Shown: positions 23,281 to 36,833 of the stretch, piece after piece | Position numbering within the stretch: the stretch's first letter is position 1 | How the letters are laid out: each line of letters begins with the position of its first letter | Assembly (NCBI RefSeq): GCF_006345805.1 | Contig: NC_043002.1 | Location: forward strand, 113,398,001-113,462,000 | DNA from: Octopus sinensis | Lineage: Eukaryota | Direction: 5' to 3' | Length of the DNA: 64,000 nucleotides | Notes under the pieces: model-generated | Database searches by the model: none | What the model was told of the DNA's origin: nothing | The model's input: the letters and a program-made list of their open reading frames with translations, nothing else | Translations under genes and position numbers: made by a program

Positions 23281-25150
23281 TGGCTATCTGAACGCCCTCA
23301 CTAACCTGTACAGTATATTTTTTACTCTTGGTATTTTCAAATCTATACCAAGAGAGAGTACCGAGCAGGGGAGCAGGGCGTGTCCCACGTAAGGTTTTCC
23401 ATTTCCTTGCAACAATGCTTCCGTTCTTAAAGGCCTCTGCGGACCATGGCACAAAGTCTGATGTACCCAGTTATTGTAACTGCCTGAATCTTCACGCAAA
23501 GCTGTACCCAATACCCTTTGGCACAATGTTTTTGATAATGTTTAATAATTACTATGTCGCTCTTCTCAGCCAACTCAAACATCGGTTTCCGCAATCTATT
23601 CGACTATGTATCCTAGTAGCCTGTTGCTATTGAGATCGATAAAATAGTTATTCTGAACAACTGTTGTTAAACTGTTCGTTATGTCTGGTATGAGTATCGA
23701 TTAGATAAACGATAATTGCAGTATGAGTTAAAATATCGCTGAGGTCAGCTTTACATTCCATCACTTCGAGGTTGATAAATGAAATGCCAATCGATCTGTA
23801 ACATCGAATCTTTCTATCTTTTCTTTTCTATAAGTAATTGACTGAAGCCCAACTTGGCGAGGTATGGGCTGCGTCAAGATTAGACTAACCTTGACAGATT
23901 GTATGTGACGACAGAGCTTTCAATTTCCCAATGAGGTCGCAGAGACCTCATCAGGTAGTTGTGAGCCTCAAAATAAGTCCAAACAAAAAATCGCAAAACT
24001 ACAATACGTTTTCAGCAGAATCACTTGACAGCCCTTACTCTCTTTTCCTACAACTATTAATGTTTTTCCTCTATCCACCAACATATTCTCACCTTTATTC
24101 TTTTTCTCGCCCGTCTCTTCTCTTCTCATTAACCCACCTGTCCCATGTATTCACCAGATCACTTACCGAAACGTGTTCTATCCATCAACTAAAAATAGAT
24201 ATTAAGCCAATAATTTCATTCAGCTTTCTCAGACAATCAGCCTGTGAAATTTAATAAGAATTATTCTGCTCCATCTCCGCTCTCTGATTTTTCCCACAAA
24301 AGGGGTTCGGAAAAGTTAAGCATCTTTTCAAATTTTCATTTTCAAATTAGAATTTCAACCAGGGAAGACTAATTATCATGTAACTTTATTTCATCGATGG
24401 AATTCATAAAAAGATTGCTTTATAAGGACTAATGATGAGTGGCCTTTCATATTTTCCGGTGTGCCTTCTATTAACTAAGATATAAATCAAATTCGTTCAA
24501 GAAAGCTATTAATTTTCAGGGCAAAGAAAGCCATTAGTATAAACAAGTTATAGCTACAAGTAACACATGTTTGCTAAGTCAACTTACATTACCGGATATT
24601 AGCAGGAGTTTCATACTAATAAATATTATATATCACTGTAGTAGGAGTTGCGTAATTGAAAGTGCTCTCAGATTGCTTAAACGAAGAATTATTATAAATA
24701 AACTATGCACTGATGTGCTTCTGTCCTGGTTCTTATGATCATCATCGTTACCAAAATGAACATCAGCAACTTCGTATGCCTTTTTGGAAAAAAGAAGGTA
24801 TCGGCGGTGAAATTCCGCACTACATCACTTTGTTCTGGTTCATGAATATGACTTACAATGATTCCATTTAAAAATTATGTTGCTAATGTTTGCGAAGAAT
24901 TTGGAGCACAAAAACCGTTTAGACACGCACGCAAATGCGTACATATATACATATACTTACCTACCTACCTACCTACCTACATACATACATACATACATAC
25001 ATACATACATACATACCTACCTACGTACATACATACATACATGCATACATACATACATACATACATACATACATACATACATACACACAAATATACATAC
25101 ATATGTATGTATATATACAGTATATATATATATATATATAATATATATAT

Positions 25151-25188
<38 letters not shown>

Positions 25189-25200
25189 TATATATATATA

Positions 25201-25595
25201 GGCACAGGAGTGGCTGTGTGGTAAGTAGCTTGCTAACCAACCACATGGTTCCGGGTTCAGTCCCACTGCGTGGCATCTTGGGCAAGTGTCTTCTGCTATA
25301 GCCCCGGGCCGACCAATGCCTTGTGAGACGGAAACTGAAAGAAGCCTGTCGTATATATGTATATGTATATATGTATGTGTGTGTTTGTGTGTGTCTGTGT
25401 TTGTCCCCCTAGCATTGCTTGACAACCGATGCTGGTGTGTTTACATCCCCGTCACTTAGCGGTTCGGCAAAGGAGACCGATAGAATAAGTACTGGGCTTA
25501 CAAAGAATAAGTCCTGGGGTCGATTTGCTCGACTAAATGCGGTGCTCCAGCATGGCCGCAGTCAAATGACTGAAACAAGTAAAAGAGTAAAAGAG
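25201..25595 (+). mobile_element. SINE family A
   Basis: Full head-to-tail match to 45346-45760. Confidence 0.9.
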
Positions 25596-25696
25596 AATAT
25601 GAATATATACATACATACAAACACACATACACAACACACACACGCACACACACATACACACACACGCACGCACACACACACATATATATATAAGAC

Positions 25697-26477
25697 ATAG
25701 AGTAGAGAAAATTGAAAACGCAAATTTTAGGCAGTCAAATTGATTCCCGAACGCATGAATGAATCGTCCATAATTGCAAGGGCTCCTCCATGTGGTAATG
25801 GTTCCAATAGGTGTATATTGCGTGTAAGGGAATCGTTTCTAACAATTGAATTATATAACGCTAATATGTTAGATAAGTTTTCAGATGCGATCCCCTCGTG
25901 TAGCTATAAATTTCACTCTACATTTCTAAAAACCTATAAAATTAGATTTACTAGGTAACTGAATTAGAATTATGTTTATAAGGTATAATTGTGATTCCTG
26001 AGTATTTGAATTCTTCCGCTCTAAGCAAACATGTGATCATTTTCAGATGACAGGTAAAACTTTTTATTAGGAATTTTTAATTCTGCTAGATTATTAGTAC
26101 GATGCAATTTACCAAGGAGGACATCATCCTGATGAAGGGGACATTGCATATATGGATTATTTACTTTTTAACCACGATCGGTAACGTATTCCTGAAACGG
26201 CCGTAGATGGATTATCCTCCACAGATCACAGATTATCCTGTTCATTAATGTATTTTTAACCTCGAAATTTAGCCATCACTTGTTTTTGAATTTTGACCTC
26301 GAACATCTTTTAGCTCGTAATTTCTATTTGATCATTTATATAAGTGATTTTTAGACGGTTTAGGCGGTGCCATTATTTGCTTTCTATTCACCGTCTTCGA
26401 GCTGTGCGGATAATACCGGACTGACTTGGTACCTCAACTTATGTATCTAACTCAACTTCATCTTAATTACTTTTTAA

Positions 26478-26480
<3 letters not shown>
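25697..26480 (+). mobile_element. Penelope-like element 3' end: endonuclease C-terminus followed by a hammerhead-bearing pseudo-LTR
   Basis: SIIARAPPCGNGSNRCILRVRESFL..NMLDKFSDAIPSCSYK resembles the PLE C-terminal CxLCxxEK..LNKRxE...CxH pattern; microsatellite flanks. Confidence 0.7.
26116..26220 (+). ncRNA. Type I hammerhead ribozyme with canonical core
   Basis: catc-CTGATGA-aggg..tcct-GAAAC ggcc GTA-gatg; stem I extended by GGAGGA/TCCTCC; palindromic ACGGCCGT stem III. Confidence 0.8.
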
Positions 26481-26521
<41 letters not shown>

Positions 26522-26526
26522 ATTAT

Positions 26527-26558
<32 letters not shown>

Positions 26559-26764
26559 TTATATATATATATATATATATTATAAATTATTATATATATA
26601 TATTGTATATATGTTTATATATATATAAATTATATATATATATTGTATATATGTTATATATAATATTATATATATATTATTATAATATAAACATAAATAT
26701 ATATATATATGTGTATATATAATATATATATATATATTATGTATATATATTTATGTGTGTGGTG

Positions 26765-26795
<31 letters not shown>

Positions 26796-26852
26796 TGTGT
26801 GTGGTGTGTGTGTGTATGGACAGAAGATGGAATATACGAGAATTTCTTATTA

Positions 26853-26960
26853 ACCACGACAATTGTTTCGACACATCTAGCATCTATTCCTCTCTTGTGT
26901 GGGACACTCAACAACTGGTTCAGGAGCATGCGGTTATGCAGATGTATCTCGTCAGGCGAT
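26853..26960 (-). ncRNA. Type I hammerhead ribozyme with canonical core and GUC triplet, in island 26817-27150
   Basis: atcgc-CTGACGA-GATACATCT...AGATGTGTC-GAAAC aatt GTC-gtggt. Confidence 0.82.
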
Positions 26961-27223
26961 AAATAAATACAACTCGTTAAAATGATTGTACCGCAATGTA
27001 ATTTTCCGTTTTGTAGAGAGAAAAGCAGCCAGACAGATGAAATATCTTCATTTATATAGATCAAAAATAAAATCACAGATGACAAAAACAGAAACGAACA
27101 CGCAATCCAACGAGAAAAGTATTAAAAATAGCCGTTAACTGGTACGGATGTATAAACGCCCTTGGGCAAGCTGCATGGCGCGAGTACACTCGCTCATACA
27201 CTCGCTCATACATACTACATACA

Positions 27224-27259
<36 letters not shown>

Positions 27260-27264
27260 TATAC

Positions 27265-27307
<43 letters not shown>

Positions 27308-27312
27308 GTATA

Positions 27313-27387
<75 letters not shown>

Positions 27388-27421
27388 AGAGTTTACGAAA
27401 AAAACAAAAGATATATATAAT

Positions 27422-27745
27422 ATCTCCTGTCTGTGGGTGTGTTTATATAGAGTTGTTACTAACTCCTCCTACATCGCTTTATCGATTTTGATGAAACTTA
27501 ACACGTGAGTAGAACTCATGTCTGGAAATCTCATGGCATACTCAGATTGTTGAAAAAATCTACAATAGAGTCCCTGGAAGGGATACTTATATATATCTAA
27601 TATATTGCATTTTAACAGTCCAGGGATATAACCATTTTGCCCAGATTTTAATTGCTAAGGTATATAACCCATTCAGTTTCCTTAATTCATTTCGAATTCA
27701 TCACAAATATACCAACACTAGCGCCGCTGAGGGTAATATTCTCTG
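27422..27745 (+). mobile_element. Helitron-like non-autonomous fragment
   Basis: TC start after (TA)n; AACTCCTCCTAC..CGATTTTGATGAAACTT subterminal motif; no clear 3' end. Confidence 0.4.
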
Positions 27746-28089
27746 GGATTTGGAAGACTGAAACTGAAAGAAACCCCTCGTGTATGTGTGTGTGTATGTT
27801 TGTTTATTTTTTTTTTACGTTTGTCCCCTACCATCGCTTCATAACCGATGTTATAGTGTTTCGGCAAAAAAGAGTAAACATAGCGTAACATAGCGGTTCG
27901 GCAAAAAAGACCGATAGGATAAGTACTAGGCTTACAAAGAATAAGGCCTGCGCTGGATTTGTGCGACTAAAGGTGGTTCTCCAGCATGGCCGCAATCAAA
28001 TTACTAAAGCAAATAAAAAAGAATATGTATATTGATATTGATATTTATGTATATGAAATAAAATGTATGTATTTATATATATATATATA

Positions 28090-28684
28090 CTCTTTTACTT
28101 GTTTCTGTCATTTGACTGTGACCATGCTGGAGCACCGCTTTTAGTCGACCAAATCGAACCCAGGACTTATTCTTTGTAAGCCTAGTACTTATTCTATCGG
28201 TGTTTTTTGCCGAACGCTACGTTACGGGGACGTAAACACACCACCATCGGTTGTCAAGCGCTGCTGGGGGGGGGTCAAACACAAACACATAAACACACAC
28301 ACATGCATATATATATATATATATATTCGGAGACCCCCTTCGGCCACGACATAGACCATGGGATTGCACCTAGAAAGTTACCCTCCTAGACACAAGTCCG
28401 GGCGAGGTTGTTTATGGAAGACTAGCAGTCGCCCATGCATACCAGCCTCCCCTCTCCACGCCACCAGTGTTATCCAAGAAAGACAAAGGTCGATACAGCT
28501 TGGCACCAGTGACGTCGCAACTCATTTCTACTACAGCTGAGTGAACTGGAGCAACGTGAAATAAAGTGCCTTGCTCAAGAACACAACACGCAGCCCGGTC
28601 CGGGATTCGAGCTCACAACCTCACGATCGTAAACTCGACGCTCTAACCACTGAGCCATGCGCCTTCACTATATATATATATATG

Positions 28685-28716
<32 letters not shown>

Positions 28717-28885
28717 TTACGACGGGCTTCTTTCAGTTTCCATCTACCAAATCCACTCACAAGGCTTTGGTCGGCCCGAGGCTATAGTAGAAGACACTTG
28801 TACAAGGTGCCACGCATATGGGAATGAACCCAGAACCATGTGGTTGGTTTAGTAAGCTACTTACCACACAGCCCCTCCTGCGCCT
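28090..28885 (-). mobile_element. SINE family A split by a nested SINE
   Basis: 3' half 28090-28310 and 5' half ~28700-28885. Confidence 0.85.
28326..28668 (-). mobile_element. tRNA-derived SINE (family B2, Meta/V-like central domain) nested in the internal (TA)n of a family A SINE
   Basis: GTGAAGGCGCATGGCTCAGTGGTTAGAGCG head; CTTGAGCAAGGCACTTT..CTCCAGTTCACTCAGCTG domain. Confidence 0.8.
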
Positions 28886-28890
28886 AGATG

Positions 28891-28982
<92 letters not shown>

Positions 28983-29094
28983 ATGATAATAAAATGTAAC
29001 GATATCAGACCTTGATATTAGAGGAATAAAACTGAAACAAATAACAAAGAATGAAAAAGAATATATATATATATGTATAATATATATATATATT

Positions 29095-29364
29095 TTTACT
29101 TGTTTCAGTCATATGACTGTGGCCATGCTGGAGCACCGCCTTTAGTCGAGCAAATCGACCCCAGGACTTATTCTTTGTAAGCCTAGTACTTATTTTATCG
29201 GTCTCTTTTTTGCCGAACCGCTAAGTTACGGGGACGTAAACACACCAGCATCGGTTGTCAAGCGATGATGGGGGAACAAACACAGACACACAAACACGCA
29301 CACACATATATATATATATACATATATACGATGGGTTTATATATATATATATATATACGACGGG

Positions 29365-29365
<1 letters not shown>
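29095..29365 (-). mobile_element. SINE family A, 3' part
   Basis: Matches the family A tail region. Confidence 0.85.
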
Positions 29366-29394
<29 letters not shown>

Positions 29395-29395
<1 letters not shown>

Positions 29396-30505
29396 TGTTT
29401 GGCGGTCGGTTCTGGCTTTTGTATAACACTCAATGCCAAAGTTAGGTACTAGCCCTTCTAGGATTCTCCATACGTATATTATTGCGTATCTGTCACGCCT
29501 TCTCCCCAAGGAGTAGAGCTTTAGCTTTCTCAGCCTATCCCTATAGCTCATCCACTGCACTGTTTCAATCTTTTTAGTGTAGTGGCGTTGGACTACTTCA
29601 AGCTCCGTTGTTAGTTTGGCACTATATGATGACCATAACTAGGAACAGTAGTCCAGGCGGCTGAGAACAAAGGTTCTCTACAGGGTCAACATAATTTCTT
29701 GGTCTCTTGTCTTGAAGGTCCTCAGTATCCATCCTGCCAGTTGTCTGTACTTTGCTGCCAGCTTGCTTATGTGCATATGAAATGATGAGTCATTGCACAT
29801 GCTGATCCCCAAGTCTTTCACTACCTGTGACTCTGGGAGTGTGGTGCCTTCGTGTCTTGTAAACGTACATAGTACTGTATCTGTACTGAGTTTACATTGC
29901 AGTACTTGAAATTTTCCAGCATTAAACTGCATGTTGTTTATTTCGGCCCACTTGTATACTGAGTTCAGGTCCCTTTGTAAGCTTGTAACATCTCTCTTGA
30001 TTTTTTACTGCCTGTGATAATTTTGTGTCATCAGCATAGCTAGTGATAGTGGCTCTCGGAGTGACTAAACAGTAACAGCCCCAGAACAGGGCGATATTGG
30101 CTGCAACTATCTGAGTTATGTTTATAAGTGAGTCATGCAGCTACTCTCCCAGTTTACCAGCGATGCCAAGGTCTCGTAGTTTATGACTTACCATGACATG
30201 ATCTACTTTATCAAATGCCTTTGCAAAGTCAGGGTATATATCACACTGACATCTGAATGGTCAAGCAGCTGTTTCACAACCCTGTCATGGTGCTGAAGGA
30301 GCTGTATGGGGCAGCTTCTTCCTGGGTGGAAGCCATGCTGAGTATTGTTCAGTAGGTCATTTTCTTCTAGGAACATTATCAACTTCTTTCTGATGATTCG
30401 CTCCATGATTTTACTGATATGCGAAGTCAGAGAGATTGTCCTGTAGTTTTTGGCCTCTGCTCTGCTTCCACCTTTGTGTATAGAACATATAATACCTTCT
30501 GTCAG
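29395..30505 (-). mobile_element. Decayed CR1-clade LINE RT (second family)
   Basis: KNYRTISLTSHISKIMER, QHGFHPGRSC, FAKAFDKVDH, YADDTKL and LYSLGRRRDRY motifs. Confidence 0.88.
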
Positions 30506-30522
30506 CTTTTTATACATATACA

Positions 30523-30601
<79 letters not shown>

Positions 30602-30662
30602 TATACAAAGAGAGTGCGACAATGATAGACAGATGTGTTTTATATATATATATATGTATATA

Positions 30663-30832
30663 CCGGAGTAAACACATAAATGTGAAACAAGGTGGAAAAA
30701 AAGAGTACTCAAATACCAGTGGTAGAGTAATATGCTTTATTTAAAGCACCAGAAAATTCAACAAAACCTGTTACTCTGAGTTTCGCGTTTCAGAGTAACA
30801 GGTTTGTTGAATTTTCTGCTGCTTTAATAAAG
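30663..30832. mobile_element. Second fold-back copy of the 4949-5176 family, inverted inside the hammerhead
   Basis: Same CCGGAGTAAACAC start; arms meet at ~30785; the CCGATGA half is lost. Confidence 0.8.
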
Positions 30833-30840
30833 TCTATATG

Positions 30841-30874
<34 letters not shown>

Positions 30875-30990
30875 TGTATGTATGTATGTATGTATGTATG
30901 CATGTATGTATGTATGTATGTTATATATATGTGTGTGTGTGTGTGTATTTATTTAAACATATCTATATACATGTGTGTAGGAGATTATAT

Positions 30991-31046
<56 letters not shown>

Positions 31047-31546
31047 CATGTATATGCACAGACATACATATAAATGTATTTATGTATGCAAGTACGTATT
31101 ATGTATGTAACTATGTGTATGCATGCACGTAAACAATTGGGATAATGACAATAATATCAAAACAAGCAAAACCATTGCCCTTACAGAACGGTATGTACCA
31201 GTGCCAAGTCGACAGCTATGTGGAATTTATGTGCAATATGCTGTTGCGCAGTTGTTTGTTTCACATTTGGCAACATTCCAATGTAAAGTAAAACAGGATA
31301 TCAAGTTTTATCCAATGACACAAGTTATTACAGTTTTACAACAAAACAAAGAAAAAATTAGACATCTGCAAACTTGTAAGGTTAATCACTGAACATTTAA
31401 TGCTCTAAGTATAAGGTTATAGTATAGCAAATTTGCAGTTCGTGAGTGCAAATCCTAGGATAGATATTTCATTACGTTTCTTAGTAAAGTATTGATATAC
31501 TGTAGCGCATTAAGCAACTGTAAACCTGCTTTTGCCCACCACTGTA

Positions 31547-32193
31547 CTTATAATAAAAACATAGATGTACGCTGTACCTCAACCACTCTTAATATGTAAT
31601 GCCCTCTTACCTTTAAAGTCTATTATAATTAAATGCTTAGAGGTCAATATCTATAAAACCGTCAAAATATTATTTATTTTTATGTACCTAGGAATATTTA
31701 TATCTCATCTATCCCTCGTTATGAAATGGCGGGCGTTTCGGGAACCAAGAAAGAGTTTGAAAATGGATAAGCCGGGAGTATGTCGGGTCACGAACAATGA
31801 ACTCGAAGGCCTGTAGTACGAGTTTTATCACTTACATATCCTCCTAAACGAAAGCGTTTAAATTTGACTTCCCCAATCTATTTGTAAAAGTAAGAAGGAG
31901 TTGGTAATAATTAACAAAAGAAACAGAACATAACCAACACCTCCCACAAAGCTTATCGCGCTAATATCAATACTCCATCCTCAAAGGTGACCATTTATTT
32001 GTGTTTATAGAATAGGGTTTGTATATGCAACAATATATTTGCAAAACCTTATAAAAGGCAGTCTAGAAAATTCCACAGCTGATATGAAATATATGCAGCT
32101 TGACCTCTAAGCATTTAATTATAATAGACTTTAAAGGTAAGAGGGTATTGCATATTAACAGTGTACAGCGTACATCTATGTTTTTATTATAAG
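31547..32193. mobile_element. MITE-like element with ~100-bp TIRs and TA target duplication
   Basis: TA|CTTATAATAAAAACATAGATG ... CATCTATGTTTTTATTATAAG|TA. Confidence 0.7.
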
Positions 32194-32670
32194 TACGGCG
32201 GTGGGTAAAAGTAGGTTTACGGTTGCTTAATATGATTGGAATGTTCTTTTTGGATAATAATTCTATGATTCTATATTCTCTAACGTGTTATTCCAGTCTT
32301 TCAAGTGCTCAAACTGATTGTTTTCCATGTCTATGCACTCTTGAATTTGACTCTTAAGCAGACCTTTGTACACTGTTCTTTGCTTGCATTAATTTCTAGG
32401 CAGGTTTCTTTCACGAATTCAATCATGGCATTAAGTGTATGTGGCTTTTTAGAAAACACTATGTCTTTGACAACATCCCAAATTCCATGGGCGTGAAGTC
32501 TGTTGATTTTGTTGTCCAATCAACAGGGTCTCGTTGGCCAATCCATTTCTTTGTTCAGGTACTCACGAACCATTAAATCATAAATGTGGAGGGGCCCCAT
32601 CTCGTTGAAAACAAGTCATCATTGTCTTATTGCTTCAATTCAGGAATGACTGTATCCTTCAGCACGTTAA
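32194..32670 (-). mobile_element. Tc1/mariner-superfamily transposon 3' part
   Basis: TIR TACGGCGGTGGGTAAAAGTAGG; FQRDGAPPH and IWDVVKDIVFSKKPHTL remnants. Confidence 0.8.
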
Positions 32671-33204
32671 GCTTTATTATTTGAAAAAAAAAATTGTGGA
32701 ATTATTCTACGATAATATATTAATTAGATGGATAAAAATACAAATATAATATAATATAATATAATACAAATATAATATACAAGTATAATCTTAACTTCTT
32801 ACAAACACCTCCCACGCTGCAATTGTTTTCGTTTCAGCACACGATCTCAGATCAAATCACTTGCTATGCGAGTACATCTCCGTAAATCTTAACTTCAACT
32901 TTGATGAAAAGAAAAATATCTTCATATGGACATTACGCTTGAACTTGTATGAATTAAGAATAACTGTATACGAAAAACCATAGTATAACTGTATGTTTGT
33001 TATATATTTATATACATGTACATTTGTATACATATATATATATATGTATGTATATATATATATGTATGTATATATATATATATATTTATATGGATTGTAG
33101 TTTGTTTATATTGTTTCATAATATTTGATATGTTAGAATCTATTATATATATTGTCAAGTGAAGATTACTATAATATATAATATTGTTATAATAAATTAA
33201 ACAT

Positions 33205-33210
33205 AACAAC

Positions 33211-33250
<40 letters not shown>

Positions 33251-33287
33251 TAATAATAATATAATAATAATAATAATGATGATGATG

Positions 33288-33321
<34 letters not shown>

Positions 33322-33446
33322 TAATAAAATAATAATAATAATAATAATAAAATAATAATAATAATGATGATGATGATAATAATATAATAATAATAATAAT
33401 GATAATAATAATAATAAATAATAATAATAATGATGATGTGATGATG

Positions 33447-33488
<42 letters not shown>

Positions 33489-33572
33489 TATTAATAAAAT
33501 AATAATAATGATGATGATGATGATGATGATGTGAGATGATGATGATGATGATGATGATGATAATAATAATAA

Positions 33573-33624
<52 letters not shown>

Positions 33625-33630
33625 TGATTA
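33205..33630. repeat. (AAT)n/(GAT)n tract followed by (ATT)n
   Basis: Trinucleotide microsatellite directly visible. Confidence 0.95.
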
Positions 33631-33869
33631 TTATTTATGTGGTCATGAGCATAGACGTGTTTATATGTTCCAGTAGATGATTTAGAGGGAGTTTGGCTGG
33701 TACTTCTAGCAGACAAATCAACCAAGATTCCTCTTCGCTGTCTCGAGCTGTATATAATAATGTTTTACCGTCAGACCATTACTTGCCCATTCTTAAAGAT
33801 CTATAAGAACAAAACATCACCCGCATACGATAAACATTTCACACGAGATACTGTACTATCTTTCTTTTT

Positions 33870-34072
33870 GCCTCTTCACTCTCTCCCTCTCTCTCTTTCT
33901 CTCTGTTTCTGTGTCTATTTCTCTCTCTCCCCCTCTCTCTCCCTCTCTCTCTCCTTCTCTCTCTCCTTCTCTCTCCCCTCTCTCTCCCCTCTCTCTCCCC
34001 CTTTCTCTCCCTCCCTCCCTCTCCCTCCCCCTCTCTCTCCCTCCCTCCCTCTCCCTCCCCCTCTCTCTCTCT
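33870..34072. repeat. Polypyrimidine (CT/CCT) low-complexity tract
   Basis: Directly visible. Confidence 0.95.
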
Positions 34073-34987
34073 GCATAGTCGGTTTGCAACATATATCTGA
34101 TGCAATGAACACGATCCTTATTATTTTGACATTTTTCTCTTTTCTTCGAAATGTTCTTCACGTTGAATCAGATAACATCACCGTCTTGTTGTTTTGACGA
34201 TGTTGGTTGGTATTGTTGTTAATGATATTTTTGTTGTTGTTGTTGTTGTTTAAGCATAAAATCAACTAATTTCCTCCTGTGACCTAGTCAAAGGGCACCG
34301 GTTGAAATCATCTCGCCTTTTCGTTCGGCAACGGACAACATTAAAGTATCTAACCCACTTTCCCATTTTTTTGGTTTCCATTTTCTTTTTTCTAATTTGA
34401 GGGAGATTTTGTTACTCTTTCTTCCACATCAAGAGAGTGAAACTCCCGTTCGCTTATTCCTAATGTGTTTAGATTAATATTACAAAAACCGACTGATGTA
34501 ATAGTTTAAACAATAACAACTTTCTGAGCGAAAAGCATCAATGAGACTTGCGAAGAACTAAAAAACCAGATTTGACATAATATATACATCGCTATATTTA
34601 TTTTCTCCTGTTTTACTTATCAACTTACACTGTCTTGAATGATGACTTCCATCATCACAACAAAAACAATCATCAGACCAGATCCATCCGTTCCAATAAC
34701 AACTACTTATAAACCGTTCTTCAAAGCCTTTTTTATGTCAGTTTCTGCGTTTTATCAAGGTCGCCTGTTTATTTTCGCTGCCATCTTTAAACTCCAGTTT
34801 CATAAACTGAACCCTAGAATCATATTTTTATCCTGTGATCTTTCTCAAAAAAAAAACGAAAATCCAGAACACATTATAGTGTGTATCAGCAACAGAGGCA
34901 GTATTAGTACCAAGAGGTAATATCCAACCCCACTTATACTGCAGTTCTTTGTTCCAACTTCCTGTCCATGACAAAATCGCAGACCAC

Positions 34988-35400
34988 ACTTACTTGTACT
35001 TGTGACGGCGTTCACCTAGGGCGGGTTGAGCCGGTTTCTTCTCTGGTCCTAACGGCATCACGAACCATGGCGGCTCACGCTCGACGGTTCTGTGCAAGGT
35101 CACTGAAGATAGCGAGCCATTCGTGGTTCCATCTGCGCAGACCGACCACCTGCGGACCTGAGGGTTCGGAGAGGTCCTCCTTTATCGTCGTCGCCCGGGT
35201 CTTCAGCTGCCCGCCCTTGCGTTTGCGCCAGTTGGGAAGTGGAGGTGGGAGGAGGACATCGCAAATCAGCTCACCCTCTGGACACCGGGCCGCATGACCG
35301 AACCACCTTAAGTACCGTTGTAGAAGCACTGAAGGGAGGGGCCAGAGATTCAGGCGACGACGAAGACCGACTGTAGGAACCCGATCAATGCGTTGGCAGT
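34988..35400 (-). mobile_element. RTE-clade LINE 3' end
   Basis: LRWFGHAAR..WRKRKGGQLKT..DLAQNRRA; tail ACAAGTACAAGTAAGT. Confidence 0.88.
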
Positions 35401-35404
35401 CTCC

Positions 35405-35639
35405 GCCGCAGACTACAGCATACACGTGATCACACAAACACAAACTTCACAACTTGCGTAGTCAACACAGCGATGTCACTAAGTACACTGCTTCATGAAG
35501 GCCATTGATAGCACTCACTGCAAACGCAATCATGTGCTACCATCTGTTGGCGCACTATAGAACTAGTCCAGGAACTTTTTGATACCACCTGGTATATATA
35601 TATATATTATATATATATATATATATATACATATATATG

Positions 35640-35670
<31 letters not shown>

Positions 35671-35682
35671 TATATATATATC

Positions 35683-35714
<32 letters not shown>

Positions 35715-35990
35715 CATTACAGATATATGGTAAAAAATTATTAATTAATAAATTTAAAAGTTTTCGGTATGTGGTCAAGCAACTTGTTGCTAAACCCTTA
35801 ATTAGTGTTATATATATATATATATATACACACACGAGGGGTGCCCAAAAGTAACCGGAAACGTTCTCTGTATGACAAACTCGTTGTAGATCAGGTTTCC
35901 ACCGCTAGAAGCCACTTGTTGCGACCCTCAGGCATCAGTCTGCCGACCGGCGTCCTGTAGTAGGGTCGTACTGCCACCTAGTGCATCTTT
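35405..35990. mobile_element. Two mariner-type terminal fragments flanking a (TA)n tract
   Basis: TACCAGGTGGTATCAAAAAGTTCC (-) ending at ~35594 and CGAGGGGTGCCCAAAAGTAACCGG (+) at ~35835. Confidence 0.5.
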
Positions 35991-36073
35991 GTTTTGCAGT
36001 GCTTCTCCCCTGTTGGTCGATTTTTGCGACGGATGTAACGAAAGGACAGCCTGCTTCCACGAAATTCTATTCT

Positions 36074-36148
<75 letters not shown>

Positions 36149-36175
36149 GACAGAGAGAGAGAGAGAGAGACAGAG

Positions 36176-36208
<33 letters not shown>

Positions 36209-36318
36209 CAGAGAGAGAGAAACAAAGTTATTTTATTCCACACAGGTAGAAATATAGGATATATAGAAGTTGAAAATGCACTGAGAATAGTTAACATATT
36301 TTATCCGTATATTTAAAG

Positions 36319-36357
36319 CTTTAACCGGTTTCACAGTTTACAATGATTGTCAAAAAG
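36319..36357 (-). ncRNA. Type I hammerhead motif, U3-A8 covariant core
   Basis: cttt-TTGACAA-t catt gtaa actg t-GAAAC cg GTT-aaag. Confidence 0.65.
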
Positions 36358-36442
36358 TTGACATAGAAAAGCGTGACTTATGTCGAAGCTGTCTTGATTC
36401 TGACTAGTGTTTGAAGCTTGCCCTATTTTTGTAGGGAGTTAA

Positions 36443-36833
36443 TACTCTTTTTACTCTTTTTACTTGTTTCAGTCATTTGACTGCGGCCATGCTGGAGCAA
36501 ATCGACCCCAGGACTTATTCTTTTTGTAAGCTTATTCTATCGGCCTCTTTTGCCGAACCGCTAAGTGACAGGGACGTAAACACACCAGCATCGGTTGTCA
36601 AGCAATGCTAGGGGGACAAACACAGACACACAAACATACACACAAATACATATATATATACATATATACGACAGGCTTCTTTTCAGTTTCCGTCTACCAA
36701 ATCCACTCACAAGGCATTGGTCGGCCCGGGGCTAAAGCAGAAGACACTTGCCCAAGATGCCACGCAGTGGGACTGAACCCGGAACCATGAGGCTGGTTAG
36801 CAAGCTACTTACCACACAGCCACTCCTGCGCCT
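36443..36833 (-). mobile_element. SINE family A
   Basis: Full-length match. Confidence 0.9.
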
